Source: an uncultured Chloroflexia bacterium (GTDB lineage: Bacteria; Chloroflexota; Limnocylindria; Limnocylindrales; CSP1-4). From it: DNA of 64,000 bases. The notes beneath the pieces are model-generated. The model saw only the letters and a list, made by a program, of their open reading frames with translations, was not told the origin of the DNA and did not search any database. How positions within the stretch are numbered: the stretch's first letter is position 1; each line of letters starts with the position of its first letter. A program made the position numbers and the translations under genes. The stretch lies in assembly GCA_963715245.1 (NCBI GenBank), contig CAVQRM010000002.1, positions 219,692 to 283,691 on the forward strand. Reading direction: 5' to 3'. Below, piece after piece: positions 17,130 through 26,814 of the stretch.

Positions 17130-18965
17130 CTAGCTGCCGGTGCCGACGATCGTCACGCCCGTGACGACGCCGTAGTGGGAGTAGAAGGTCTTCTTGCGCA
17201 GGACCTTGCCGCCCTCGTACACGGTCACGGTGCGCCACACGTCCATGCCGTCGTGCGGGGTCTCGACCCGCTCCGAGTAGCCCTTCGGCTTCGACTTCGT
17301 GTACTGCACCGTGTCGGTGGCCTGGCGCACGTTCTTGATCAGCGGCTTGCTGATCACGACCTTGCGCTTGTTCGGGACGCTGTACAGGACGAACGTCGTG
17401 TAGCCGGTGCCGCCGCTGCGGGAGTTGATGCCGCGGATCAGGACCGGATACTTCGTGTCGTTGGTCCAGATCATCGACTGCTTCGAGCCCCCGGCCGAGA
17501 TGAACACCGTCGCGTCGAGGCCCATCGGGTAGCGGTCGATGTAGTAGTAGTGGTTCCGTCGGGAGCCCATCTTGTAGCCGGCCCGGAGCGCGGCGTTGAA
17601 CAGCGTCGTCGAGCACGAGCAGATCCCGCCCGCGAGCGCCCCGAACGGCTCCGTCTTGCCGTTGATGATCGCGCCGCCGTCCGTGTAGCCCTTCTCCCGG
17701 GTGACCGGGCCAACGACGTCCCAGAAGTCGAATGTCTCGCCCGGCCCGACGACGTGCCCGCTGATGATGCTGGTCGGGATCCAGATGTTGGCCCCGTATC
17801 CGTTGCGATCCCAGACCGGGAACTGGGTCGTCCAGCGCGAGATCTCGCGCATCTTGGGGGCGATCGCCTTGGCCTCGGCCGTGGTCACCGTCGGCTCCTT
17901 GGCGACGACGACCGGCGCCAGCACGGCGTCCGCCTGGCCTGACTGGCGTGCCATCAGCGTGTCCAGGATCGCCTGCGACGTCGCCTTGCGGTCGAGCCGC
18001 TTGCCGTCCTTGCTGCCCTTGCTGACAACGATCCGACCGCTCTTGAGCTTGAACTTCGCGTTGGTTGCGGCACGGTCCACGTCGCGCGCAACCGCCTTGA
18101 GCAGCGGCGTGATGCCGTCCTGGTCGACGATCACGGTGATCGAGCCGTCGGCGGTGGGAGCGAAGGAGAGCAGCTGGCGGAGCTTCGTGCCCTTGATCGT
18201 CCAGCTCGCGTCTCCGCGCGTCAGGACGAGATCCGCCGCCATGCGCTCGGCGGAAGCCCGTGTCGTGAGAGCGTCCACCGTATCGATCGCGGGAGCCTGC
18301 GTGGAGTACGGGATCTCGATCTCGATCTCGGCGGGAGCATCCAGGCTCGAGAGCTGCTCGTCGACCATCCTGACGAGCGCGTCCTGGTCGACCGTCCGGC
18401 CGTCCACGGACGAGGTCATGCGGAATTCGCCCTCGTCGGCAACGAGCGTCGCGTCCACCGGGTCGCGGTCGATCGTGCGGGCGGCGGCGGCGACCGCCTC
18501 GACGAGCTTCGCCTGGTCGTAGGTCACGGCCGGCGCCACCGTCACACCCCGAAGCGCCGTCTGCGGCGCGGCGAGAAGCTCCGCAGCAGGCTGGCCGGTC
18601 CGCCCAGCGGTCATGGCCGCCCCGACGATCGCATCCACGTCCGGCTGGCGGCCGAGCTCGCCATACCCGATGGTGAGCTCGCCGGCGGGCCCCGTGAGGG
18701 TGATCAGCCCTGCACCCAGCGGCGCGTACGCCTCGGCCAACGCGGCTCGGGCCTGACCCGGGGTGAGTCCCGACAGATCCGTGTCGCCGACGCTGACGCC
18801 GGGGAGGATCTTGCCCGTGTACTGCTGTCCGTAGGCATACAGCGCGCCGCCGCCCACGCCGACGACGAGCACGGCGCCGAGGAGGAACGCGACCGCGAAC
18901 TTGAGGGCAAGCGATGCGCCCCTGGACGGCTGGGACGCGGGTTCGGGGAGCTGGGCAGTGGTCAT
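17130..18965 (-). CDS. VanW/YoaR-like membrane-anchored protein
   Basis: 611-aa ORF with an N-terminal TM helix. The C-terminal VanW signature is GGICSCSTTLFNAALRAGYKMGSRRNHYYYIDRYPMGLDATV. Confidence 0.8.
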   Translation of the reverse strand: MTTAQLPEPASQPSRGASLALKFAVAFLLGAVLVVGVGGGALYAYGQQYTGKILPGVSVGDTDLSGLTPGQARAALAEAYAPLGAGLITLTGPAGELTIGYGELGRQPDVDAIVGAAMTAGRTGQPAAELLAAPQTALRGVTVAPAVTYDQAKLVEAVAAAARTIDRDPVDATLVADEGEFRMTSSVDGRTVDQDALVRMVDEQLSSLDAPAEIEIEIPYSTQAPAIDTVDALTTRASAERMAADLVLTRGDASWTIKGTKLRQLLSFAPTADGSITVIVDQDGITPLLKAVARDVDRAATNAKFKLKSGRIVVSKGSKDGKRLDRKATSQAILDTLMARQSGQADAVLAPVVVAKEPTVTTAEAKAIAPKMREISRWTTQFPVWDRNGYGANIWIPTSIISGHVVGPGETFDFWDVVGPVTREKGYTDGGAIINGKTEPFGALAGGICSCSTTLFNAALRAGYKMGSRRNHYYYIDRYPMGLDATVFISAGGSKQSMIWTNDTKYPVLIRGINSRSGGTGYTTFVLYSVPNKRKVVISKPLIKNVRQATDTVQYTKSKPKGYSERVETPHDGMDVWRTVTVYEGGKVLRKKTFYSHYGVVTGVTIVGTGS

Positions 18966-19093
18966 CGATGCTCTCGTGATGGGCGTTGGCGGATCGTAGC
19001 AGGGCCCGGGCGGAGGCGCCGTGAATGGAGCCTCACCCGCGGGCGCCCGCCCGCGCCAGGGACGGCCGGCGCACGCCCGATGCGACGGCCGGG

Positions 19094-20104
19094 TCAGGGA
19101 TTCCGGGGCAGGACCACGACTCGGCGGTTCGGCTCCTCGCCGATCGACTGCGTCGCCACGCCCGCGTTGTCGCGCAGCGCCAGGTGGATCCAGCGGCGCT
19201 CGAGTGCCGGCATCGGCTCCAGCTGGAGCATCTTGCCGGTATCGACGACGCGCTCTGCCGCCCGCGCCGCGAGCTCTACGAGCTGGCGCTCGCGTCGGCC
19301 GCGGTAGTCCTCGACGTCAACCAGCACCCGCGTCCACTGCCCGGTGCGGCGCGACAGCATGAGGTTGACGAGGTGCTGCAGCGCCGAGAGGCGCTCGCCC
19401 TTGCGGCCGATCAGAGACCCGAGGGCTTCACGATCGGCGCCTTCCCCGACAACGTTGAGGCGGCTCGTCTCTCCCTCGCGGATCTCAACCGTCACGCCCT
19501 CGAAGCCGAGATGGGCCATGAGCGTCTCGAGGATCTCGCGGCCGGCGGCGAGCGCCTCGGGTGTGGCCTCGGCAGCCTCGAGCTCCGCCCGCTCCATCGC
19601 GAGCGAGCCACGCGCCGTGGTCACGGCCGCGACCTCGGCAGCCGACAGCTCGGAGCTGCCTCGGGCGCCGGACGGGCGCGGAGCGCGGTCGTCGCGGCGC
19701 GGGCCCCGGTCGTCGCGACGGGGAGCGCGGTCGTCGCGGCGCGGGCCCCGGTCGTCGCGACGGGGAGCGCGGTCGTCGCGGCGGGGACCGGAGGCCGGGC
19801 GGTCGCCCGAGGGCCTGTCATCGCGGCGGGGCGGCCGATCGCCGGAGGGGCGGTCGTCGCGCGGCGGGCGCGCGGCGGGCAGCGGAGCGGACTCGGCGGC
19901 CTCACGCTTCGGGGCGGAGCCGCCCAGGGCGCTCCGCGGCGCCGCGACGATCCGGGCGGGCTCGGCGCCCATGCCGAGGACGCCGCGGCTGCCGGGCGTG
20001 AGGATCTCGAAATCCAGGTCGCCGAGGCCGACGCCGAACGCGTCGCAGGCGCTCTTGATCGCCTCCTCGACCGACTTGCCGGTGAATTCCCTGTACTCGC
20101 TCAT
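19094..20104 (-). CDS. jag: Jag/KhpB RNA-binding protein (Jag_N, KH, R3H) with an R/D/P-rich repeat linker
   Basis: From ATG 20104: MSEYREFTGKSVEEAIKSACDAFG. The C-terminal R3H context is LEPMPALERRWIHLAL. The gene sits in the conserved position after yidC. Confidence 0.85.
   Translation of the reverse strand: MSEYREFTGKSVEEAIKSACDAFGVGLGDLDFEILTPGSRGVLGMGAEPARIVAAPRSALGGSAPKREAAESAPLPAARPPRDDRPSGDRPPRRDDRPSGDRPASGPRRDDRAPRRDDRGPRRDDRAPRRDDRGPRRDDRAPRPSGARGSSELSAAEVAAVTTARGSLAMERAELEAAEATPEALAAGREILETLMAHLGFEGVTVEIREGETSRLNVVGEGADREALGSLIGRKGERLSALQHLVNLMLSRRTGQWTRVLVDVEDYRGRRERQLVELAARAAERVVDTGKMLQLEPMPALERRWIHLALRDNAGVATQSIGEEPNRRVVVLPRNP
19681..19786. repeat. 42-nt tandem repeat (2.5 copies) inside jag
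   Basis: GAGCGCGGTCGTCGCGGCGCGGGCCCCGGTCGTCGCGACGGG occurs at 19681-19722 and again exactly at 19723-19764, with a partial third copy. It encodes the (PRRDDRA/G)n linker. Confidence 0.85.
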
Positions 20105-20105
20105 G

Positions 20106-21299
20106 TCAGCGTCGTCTCCCTCGTCGGCCGCTCCGTGTTCGGCTGGGCCGGATCGTCGACTGGGCCGAAATGTCTCGGTCGACGGTTTTCGCGCGCTCCG
20201 CCGCGCTGTTGGGTGAACCTGGGGCAACCGGCTTGGGCTCGGGAAGCTTGACCGGGAAGCGCGGCGAGTGATCGCGCGCGAACGCCGGGAACCAGCCGAA
20301 CAGCGGGAACATCCCGCCCCAGCCGAGGATGAAGTACTGCTGGATGACCTGGATGATCGTGGCCGCGATCCAGTAGATGAACAGGCCGGCCGGCAGGATG
20401 CCGCCGTACACGATCGAGATGAGCGGCAGGAAGTACGCCATCTGCCGCTGGATGCGCATGTTCGGGTCGTCGTTCTTCGGGTCGGCGGCCGGGAGGGTCA
20501 TCCGCGATGCGACCAGCTGGACGAGCGACGAGACGATCGCGAGGACGCTGATCCCGAAGCCGGCGATGTACAGGCCCGTGGTGACGGGTTCCGGGTAGCT
20601 CCAGTTGATGCCGAACGCGACCGGGTTGAGGCACGGGTTGGTGACCAGCCCGCTCACGGAATCGAACTCCGGGGCAGTGGGGCACGTGATCCCGGGGAAC
20701 AGGTTCACCCCGAACACGGTCCACATCGCACTGGGGTCGAAGTTGGTGAGCCCCTGGCTGATGACCGAGTACATCGGGATCAGGAGGCCGAACTGGAGGA
20801 GGATCGGCAGGCAGCCGCCTGCGGGATTGATCCCTCGCTGCCGGTAGAACTCCTGGACGGCGGCGTTCTGCTTGACCCGGTCGCCCTTGTACTTGCGCTG
20901 GAGCTCCTTGACCTCGGGCTGGAGGAGCTGCATCTGGCGGGTGGAGGTCAGCTGGCGGCGGTAGAGCGGGATCACGAGGACCCGCATCACGATCGTCAAC
21001 GCGATGATCGCGATCACGATGTTGCCGGCATCGGGCTGGAGGATGTAGGTCAGCTGGTCGAAGAAGACCAGCACGATGAACAGCGCCTGGAAGATCGGGG
21101 TGAACAGCCAGGCCAGCAGGTCGATCGGATTCGCGCCGGGTGACGCCGGCGTCAACGGGGCCTGGGACGGCGTCGGCGTCGGACCGCCCGACCCGCCCAC
21201 GTCGCCGCTGCCCGGCACGCAGGCCATGACGACCAGCGCGATACCGACGAAGAACAGGTACGGCGCCAGCCGCTTGAGCGGTTGCCTGAAGCGGGTCAC
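20106..21299 (-). CDS. yidC: Membrane protein insertase YidC/Oxa1 family (lipobox-containing N-terminus)
   Basis: 397-aa ORF: VIPLYRRQLTSTRQMQLLQPEVKELQRKYKGD...GCLPILLQFGLLIPMY. The N-terminus ends in ...ALVVMAC. Confidence 0.9.
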   Translation of the reverse strand: MTRFRQPLKRLAPYLFFVGIALVVMACVPGSGDVGGSGGPTPTPSQAPLTPASPGANPIDLLAWLFTPIFQALFIVLVFFDQLTYILQPDAGNIVIAIIALTIVMRVLVIPLYRRQLTSTRQMQLLQPEVKELQRKYKGDRVKQNAAVQEFYRQRGINPAGGCLPILLQFGLLIPMYSVISQGLTNFDPSAMWTVFGVNLFPGITCPTAPEFDSVSGLVTNPCLNPVAFGINWSYPEPVTTGLYIAGFGISVLAIVSSLVQLVASRMTLPAADPKNDDPNMRIQRQMAYFLPLISIVYGGILPAGLFIYWIAATIIQVIQQYFILGWGGMFPLFGWFPAFARDHSPRFPVKLPEPKPVAPGSPNSAAERAKTVDRDISAQSTIRPSRTRSGRRGRRR

Positions 21300-21317
21300 G
21301 CGGTCGTTCTCAATCCG

Positions 21318-21536
21318 TTAGGGAACCGGGTCATAGCCGCCCGGGTTCCAGGGGTGACAGCGGCCGATGCGCTTGGCGCCCATCCAGCTGCCGCGAAAGA
21401 GTCCGTACTTCTGGACCGCCTGCTCCGTGTAGCGCGAGCAGGTGGGCTCGAACCGGCAGCTCGACGGGAGCCATGCGAACACGATGCGGTAGGCGCGAAT
21501 GAGCGCCACTCCGATCGCGATCCCGACCCGTCTCAC
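21318..21536 (-). CDS. yidD: Membrane protein insertion efficiency factor YidD
   Basis: 72-aa ORF: CRFEPTCSRYTEQAVQKYGLFRGSWMGAKRIGRCHPWNPGGYDPVP. GTGA overlap with the rnpA stop. Confidence 0.9.
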   Translation of the reverse strand: MRRVGIAIGVALIRAYRIVFAWLPSSCRFEPTCSRYTEQAVQKYGLFRGSWMGAKRIGRCHPWNPGGYDPVP

Positions 21537-21868
21537 GTGTCCGTCCGTCCTCCGAGCACGCCCCCCGAACGGAGGACCCGCTGCAATGCTCCGACCAGGG
21601 CCTGCTGGTCGGCCTCGACGATCGCAGGCCGGGCGATGATGAGGACGTCCCAGCCGGGCTGGAACGAGGGCGCCATCACCCTGAGACCCTCCCGGATCCG
21701 GCGCCGGACTCGGTTCCGGATCACGGCTCCTCCGAGCCGCTTTCCGGTGGCGAATCCAAACCGGGTCTGGTCAAGGTCGTTCCGGACGAACCGTCCGACC
21801 AGCAGGGGGTGGCTTCTCGCGACGCCGCCCTCCGCCAGCCTGGCGAAGTCGCCCGGGCGGGAGAGCAT
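21533..21868 (-). CDS. rnpA: Ribonuclease P protein component
   Basis: From ATG 21868: MLSRPGDFARL...RFGFATGKRLGGAVIRNRVRRRIREGLR. The start choice is tentative. Confidence 0.8.
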   Translation of the reverse strand: MLSRPGDFARLAEGGVARSHPLLVGRFVRNDLDQTRFGFATGKRLGGAVIRNRVRRRIREGLRVMAPSFQPGWDVLIIARPAIVEADQQALVGALQRVLRSGGVLGGRTDT

Positions 21869-21903
21869 GACGAGCCGCAGCGGGTTGTGACCGCGCTCGC
21901 CGG

Positions 21904-22041
21904 TCAGGCCGAGAGCTTCTGCCGGCCCCTGGCGCGTCGCGTTGCGAGCACGCGCCGGCCACCCGGGGTCTTCATCCGGGCGCGGAAGCCGTGCTCCTTG
22001 GCGCGATGTCGCTTCTTGGGCTGAAATGTCGGCTTGCCCAT
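21904..22041 (-). CDS. rpmH: 50S ribosomal protein L34
   Basis: Read manually (too short for the ORF track): [45 protein letters not shown]. Confidence 0.9.
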   Translation of the reverse strand: MGKPTFQPKKRHRAKEHGFRARMKTPGGRRVLATRRARGRQKLSA

Positions 22042-22582
22042 CGGGACTGTCCGTGATCCTCTCCGTCCGGCCCTGGGACCCGGAAGCTCCGACCCCTAGA
22101 GGCACGCAAACGCGCCGAGCGCTTGAGAGCGCGGCGGCGCGTGTTCGTCCGGGGGATGATATGGCCCGTTTCGAAGGGGTGTCAAACGCGCGTACGTGCG
22201 GGAGGTGGGCGGTGCGGCGCGCTGCCCGGTGCGTCCTGGCACCATCTCCGATCAGATCGCAGGGCGGGCCGCCAGGCGTCGCGTCGCGCCGGCCGGGACG
22301 CGGCCCGACGACGGCCGTGGTCCGCCCCCCGACAGCGAGCGTGATACTCCCTGGGGGTATGCGCGAATCGCCTTGCGACGGCCCCGAAACCCGGTGTATT
22401 GTTCCCGAGCCTCGGGCGCTCGGACGAGGCGGGAATCCCTTCCGAGGGGACGGCCCGCCGGTCGAACTCGAGCTCCGGCAGGCGCACCGTCGCGGGGTCG
22501 CGACGACGCTCCCTGGTTGCGGCCGCCCTGGTTGGCGTTACCCATCGCAAGTCTTGTTAGCCCAGGAAACACGATCGCACGT

Positions 22583-23947
22583 ATGGACGCGAAGCAGGTT
22601 TGGCGCGCGGCGCTCGGGGAGTTGCAGGTATCGCTTTCGCCTGCGAACTTCGAGACGTGGCTGCGTGACACCCATCTCGTGGACGTGGACGATCAGCGGT
22701 TCCGGATCGCCGTGCCGAACGGGTTCGCGAAGGACTGGCTCGAGACCCGGTACCGCTCCCTGATCTCCCAGACGCTCGCCCGTGTCGTCGGATACAGCGT
22801 CCAGGTCGAGTTCGTCGTCGCGGGTGCATCCGACGTCCAGGTCCAGGCCGCAGCCGTCGCGCAGCAGCCCGTCCGCGTCGAGCCGACCCGCGTGGGCGCC
22901 CCCGAAGGCGCGGCCGGCGGTGTCACGAACCTCAACCCGCGCTACCACTTCTCAAACTTCATCGTGGGGTCCGCCAACCGGCTGGCCCACGCCGCGTCGC
23001 TGTCGGTCGCGGAGCGTCCGGGGCACGCGTACAACCCGTTGTTCCTGTACGGCGGGGTCGGGCTTGGCAAGACCCACCTGATGCACGCGATCGGGAATGC
23101 CGTCGCCACGAAGTTCCCGCGCAAGCGCGTGGTCTACGCGACGTCCGAGAAGTTCACCAACGAGTTCATCACCTCGATCCAGCAGGGCAAGATCGACGAG
23201 TTCCGGGCCCGCTACCGCCGGATCGACCTGCTCCTTATCGATGACATCCAGTTCATCGCGGACAAGGAGCGCACGCAGGAAGAGTTCTTCCACACGTTCA
23301 ACGCCATCCACGAGGACGGCAAGCAGATCGTCCTGTCCAGCGACCGCCCGCCCAAGGCGATCCTCACCCTGGAGGAGCGGCTCCGCTCGCGCTTCGAGTG
23401 GGGCCTGATCGCGGATCTGACCGCGCCCGACCTGGAGACGCGGATCGCGATCCTCCGCGCCAAGGCCGAGGAGCAGGGAACGCCGATCACATCCGATGTG
23501 ATCGAGTTCATCGCCCGCAAGGTCGTGTCCAACATCCGCGAGCTGGAGGGCGCGCTCAACCGGATCGTTGCCTACGCCTCCATGGGGGCGATGCCGATCT
23601 CGATCGAGCTTGCGCAGGCAGTGCTCTCGAACGTGCTCTACAACCCCAAGAAGCGCCAGGTGACGCCCGAGCGCATCGCCCAGGCGGTGTCGAACTACTA
23701 CGGCGTGGGTATGGACGCGCTGCAGGGCCAGAAGCGCGAGAAGAGCATCGTCGTGCCCCGCCAGATCGCGATGTACCTGATGCGCGAGGAGACCGACGTC
23801 TCGTTGATGCGCATCGGCGCGGAGCTGGGCGGCCGGGACCACTCCACGGTCCTCCACGCCTGCGACAAGATCAACCGCGAGATGCAGGTCAACGACGAGA
23901 TGCGTCGCGAGGTCGCGGCCGTCCGGGAGCTCATCTACTCGGACTAG
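22583..23947 (+). CDS. dnaA: Chromosomal replication initiator DnaA
   Basis: From ATG 22583: MDAKQVWRAALGELQVSLSPANFETWL. Contains Walker A GGVGLGKTHL, LLIDDIQF, and the C-terminal DNA-binding domain GGRDHSTVLHA. The ORF-track upstream extension is non-homologous. Confidence 0.95.
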   Translation: MDAKQVWRAALGELQVSLSPANFETWLRDTHLVDVDDQRFRIAVPNGFAKDWLETRYRSLISQTLARVVGYSVQVEFVVAGASDVQVQAAAVAQQPVRVEPTRVGAPEGAAGGVTNLNPRYHFSNFIVGSANRLAHAASLSVAERPGHAYNPLFLYGGVGLGKTHLMHAIGNAVATKFPRKRVVYATSEKFTNEFITSIQQGKIDEFRARYRRIDLLLIDDIQFIADKERTQEEFFHTFNAIHEDGKQIVLSSDRPPKAILTLEERLRSRFEWGLIADLTAPDLETRIAILRAKAEEQGTPITSDVIEFIARKVVSNIRELEGALNRIVAYASMGAMPISIELAQAVLSNVLYNPKKRQVTPERIAQAVSNYYGVGMDALQGQKREKSIVVPRQIAMYLMREETDVSLMRIGAELGGRDHSTVLHACDKINREMQVNDEMRREVAAVRELIYSD

Positions 23948-24493
23948 CCGTCGCAGCCGCATCTGGGTCGGACGGATGGTGAGCGGCGGCGCCCCCACTC
24001 AGCGTGCCCTGGGCACCGCTGTTCCCGGCCGCCGGCACCGTGTGCCTGGCGTTCGGTCTCGCGCACCCGGCGGTCGCAACCTGGCGTGGACGATCGGGTT
24101 CAAACCGGTGGACAACCTGCGCCGGGCGTGGATGGGGGCGCGCGTTCCGGTGGGCCGGATCGTGGGCGATTCCCCTGCTCTGACCGCCCCTGTGGACGAA
24201 GTCGAGCGGCAGCCCGATTCATCCACGATCTGATCCCCGCGCCATCCCCGGGATCCGGGGGTGGGCTCCACAGCCGTGATCCACCGGCCCACAGCCTCGC
24301 CCCGCACGACAGAGCACGCCCGTCCACGCAATCCACGGCAATATGACTGTGATGACGGAGTGAGAAGATAGAGACCAACCAGTCCACCCACTGACGTGGA
24401 TGCGGGGCATCGCCAGCCCACCGATCGCCGGGGTCCCGACGGGGGACTGCCTGACCGCCAATCCGCCTGACAGCTTGCTGGAGACAGACCAAC
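23948..24493. other. Probable oriC (dnaA-dnaN intergenic region with DnaA-box cluster and AT-rich patch)
   Basis: At least 10 TCCAC-core boxes on both strands. Examples: TTGTCCACC (rc of 24107-24115), TCGTCCACA (rc of 24191-24199), TTCATCCAC (24218-24226), TGATCCACC (24277-24285), CAATCCACG (24329-24337), GCATCCACG (rc of 24395-24403). A relatively AT-rich stretch lies at 24339-24375. Confidence 0.75.
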
Positions 24494-25606
24494 GTGAAAC
24501 TCTCGGTCATGCAGGAGAACCTGGCGCGCGGCCTGTCCGTCGTGTCACGGGCGGTGTCCAGCCGCAGCACCCTGCCGGTGCTCGCGAACGTCCTCCTCCG
24601 GACCGAGGATGCCGGCCTCAAGCTGACCGCGACGAACCTTGAGATCGGCATCACCTACTGGGTGCCCGGCAAGATCGAGACCGACGGCGCCATCACGGTC
24701 CCTGCCCGCCTGCTCACGGATCTCGTCGGGAGCCTGCCGGCCTCGGAGAAGGTGGACCTCGAGCTCCAGGGGGCCGACACGCTCCATGTCCGTGCCGGCC
24801 GCTTCGCGACGCATGTCAAGGGCATCGACGCGGACGAGTTCCCGACCATCCAGACGGCGGGCGAGCGCCCCACCACCAGGGTCAGCCAGAAGGTGCTCAA
24901 GCGGGCGCTGGACGAGACCGCATTCGCCGCCGCCAGCGACGAGGCCCGCCCGATCCTCACCGGCGTCCTCGCGCGCTTCGAAGGCTCGAAGCTGACGCTC
25001 GCCGCCGCCGACAACTACCGGATCGCGGTCCGGACGATCGACATCCTCGACCCCGTCGAGGCGGCGTCGGTGGTGATCCCGGCTCGCGCGCTCAACGAGC
25101 TCGGCCGGATCCTCGCCGACACGGACGACCCGGTCGAGCTGGTGCTCGCCCAGGCGAAGAACCAGGTCCTGTTCCACCTCGAGGGTGTCGACATCGTGTC
25201 GCGCCTCATCGACGGGCAGTTCCCGAACTACCAGCAGGTGCTGCCCGCGGCCCACACCACCCGCGCCGAGATCGACCGCGAGGAGCTGCTGCGCGCCGTC
25301 CGCCCCGCGGCGCTCATCGCGAGCTCGTCCGCGAACATCGTCAAGCTCCAGGTGGGCGGGGATGCCGGCGTCGTCGTCACGGCGACGGCGGAGGTCGGTG
25401 ACTACACGGGCGACGTGGAGGCGACGGTCGAGGGCGATGCCACGACCATCGCGTTCAACGCCCGCTACCTCAACGATGTCCTCAGCAACGTCCAGGCGGA
25501 GCGGTTCGCGCTCGAGCTCAACGGCCCGCTGTCCCCGGGCGTCTTCCGGCCGGTGGGCGACGACGCGTACGTGCATGTCGTGATGCCCGTCCGCACGACC
25601 TCCTGA
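24494..25606 (+). CDS. dnaN: DNA polymerase III beta sliding clamp
   Basis: 370-aa ORF: MKLSVMQENLARGLSVVSRAVSSRSTLPVLANVLL... Confidence 0.95.
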   Translation: MKLSVMQENLARGLSVVSRAVSSRSTLPVLANVLLRTEDAGLKLTATNLEIGITYWVPGKIETDGAITVPARLLTDLVGSLPASEKVDLELQGADTLHVRAGRFATHVKGIDADEFPTIQTAGERPTTRVSQKVLKRALDETAFAAASDEARPILTGVLARFEGSKLTLAAADNYRIAVRTIDILDPVEAASVVIPARALNELGRILADTDDPVELVLAQAKNQVLFHLEGVDIVSRLIDGQFPNYQQVLPAAHTTRAEIDREELLRAVRPAALIASSSANIVKLQVGGDAGVVVTATAEVGDYTGDVEATVEGDATTIAFNARYLNDVLSNVQAERFALELNGPLSPGVFRPVGDDAYVHVVMPVRTTS

Positions 25607-25713
25607 CGGAGGGACCCACGGACCCGCTGCCGGACGCGCCCGCCGGATCCGCGGACACCCCGATCCTCCGGGGTCTCGCCGTACGGGATCTGCGTGGCTA
25701 CGCGGCGCTCGAC

Positions 25714-26814
25714 GTGGTCTTTGAAGCAGGCCCGCAGCTGGTCTGGGGGCCGAATGCGGCCGGCAAGACGAGCCTGCTGGAGGCGATCGTGCTGCTCGCG
25801 TGGGGCCGCTCGCACCGCACGACCACCGAGGGCGAGCTCGTCCGCTGGGGCTCGGAGCTCGCCCGCGTCGAGGCCCGGGTCGGCCGTGAGGCCACCCTCC
25901 CCGACAGCAGGGACACGATCGAGGTGGCGCTCGTCAGGACAGCGAGCGGCGGGGCGCGCAAGCGGATCCGCGTCAACGGCGTGGCCCGGCGACCGGCCGG
26001 CCTGGGGGGAGCCCTCCGGACGGTCGTGTTCGCGCCCGAGGAGATGCTCCTCGTCGCGGGCTCGCCGTCCCTCCGCCGCGAGGCGCTCGACACGCTCGCC
26101 GGACAGCGGTCCCCCGCCTACGCACGGGACCTGTCGACGTATGGCCGGGCGCTCCAGCAGCGGAACGGGCTGCTGCGGGCGATCCGCGAGGAGCAGGCGA
26201 CACGAGCCGAGCTCCGATTCTGGGACCAGGCCCTGCTCGAGGCGGGGACCGCGGTGCGCGAGGAGCGCCAGCGGCTGCTCGCAGCCCTCGCGGAGCCGCT
26301 CGCGGCCGCCCACGCGGAGATCGCACCCGACGAGGCCGCCGCCGAGCGGCTCGTGCTCGACTATGCGACGAACGCGCCGCAGCACGAGGGGGAGTCCGTG
26401 CGCGACGCGCTCGCCCGCAGGCTGGCGGAGACGGCCGACAAGGAGGTCTGGAACGGGTCGACGCTCGTTGGCCCGCACCGGGACGACCTCGTGTTCCAGA
26501 TGGGCGGGCGGCCGCTGGCGTCGTTCGCCTCGCGAGGCCAGCAGCGGACGGCGATCCTCGCGTTCAAGCTTGCGGAGCTCGACCTGCTCACCGCGCTGGA
26601 CGAGCGCCCGCCGCTCCTGCTGCTCGACGACGTGTTCTCGGAGCTCGACCCCGAGCGGAGGGCACACCTCGTCCGACGGATCGCCGCGCTGCCCCAGGCG
26701 TTCGTCACCACGACCACCCTCGACGACCTCGATCCCGCCCTCCGGTCGGTCGGGACGACGTGGGCGGTGACCGTGAACGCCGACGGCACGTCAAGCCTCG
26801 AGCGTGGGCCGTGA
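25714..26814 (+). CDS. recF: DNA replication/repair protein RecF (minimal ORF; conserved N-terminus continues upstream without a canonical start)
   Basis: Contains GPNAAGKTSLLEAI (Walker A) and LLLLDDVFSELD (Walker B). Upstream and in frame, PILRGLAVRDLRGYAALDV aligns with the RecF N-terminal strand, but there is no ATG/GTG/TTG between the dnaN stop and 25714. Confidence 0.85.
   Translation: MVFEAGPQLVWGPNAAGKTSLLEAIVLLAWGRSHRTTTEGELVRWGSELARVEARVGREATLPDSRDTIEVALVRTASGGARKRIRVNGVARRPAGLGGALRTVVFAPEEMLLVAGSPSLRREALDTLAGQRSPAYARDLSTYGRALQQRNGLLRAIREEQATRAELRFWDQALLEAGTAVREERQRLLAALAEPLAAAHAEIAPDEAAAERLVLDYATNAPQHEGESVRDALARRLAETADKEVWNGSTLVGPHRDDLVFQMGGRPLASFASRGQQRTAILAFKLAELDLLTALDERPPLLLLDDVFSELDPERRAHLVRRIAALPQAFVTTTTLDDLDPALRSVGTTWAVTVNADGTSSLERGP

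Noticed and set aside
19681-19786. CRISPR array candidates (tandem repeats here, at 46133-46207, 50300-50350 and 57250-57310)
   Set aside because: All are in-frame coding repeats or low-complexity linkers inside ORFs. They have at most 2.5 copies and no unique spacers, and there are no cas genes.
22042-22582. rpmH-dnaA intergenic region as a second origin element or as coding (ORFs 21942-22763, 22123-22344, 22182-22550)
   Set aside because: No TCCAC/GTGGA DnaA-box cores occur in these 540 nt, and the ORFs are R/P/A-rich without homology. It is most likely just the dnaA promoter/leader region. An inverted repeat ACGCGCCG…CGGCGCGT around 22110-22145 was noted but not interpreted.
24090-24112. 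tRNA-like GGTTCAAACC string
   Set aside because: It lies inside the DnaA-box cluster and has no flanking acceptor or anticodon stems. I found no convincing tRNA cloverleaf anywhere in the window.
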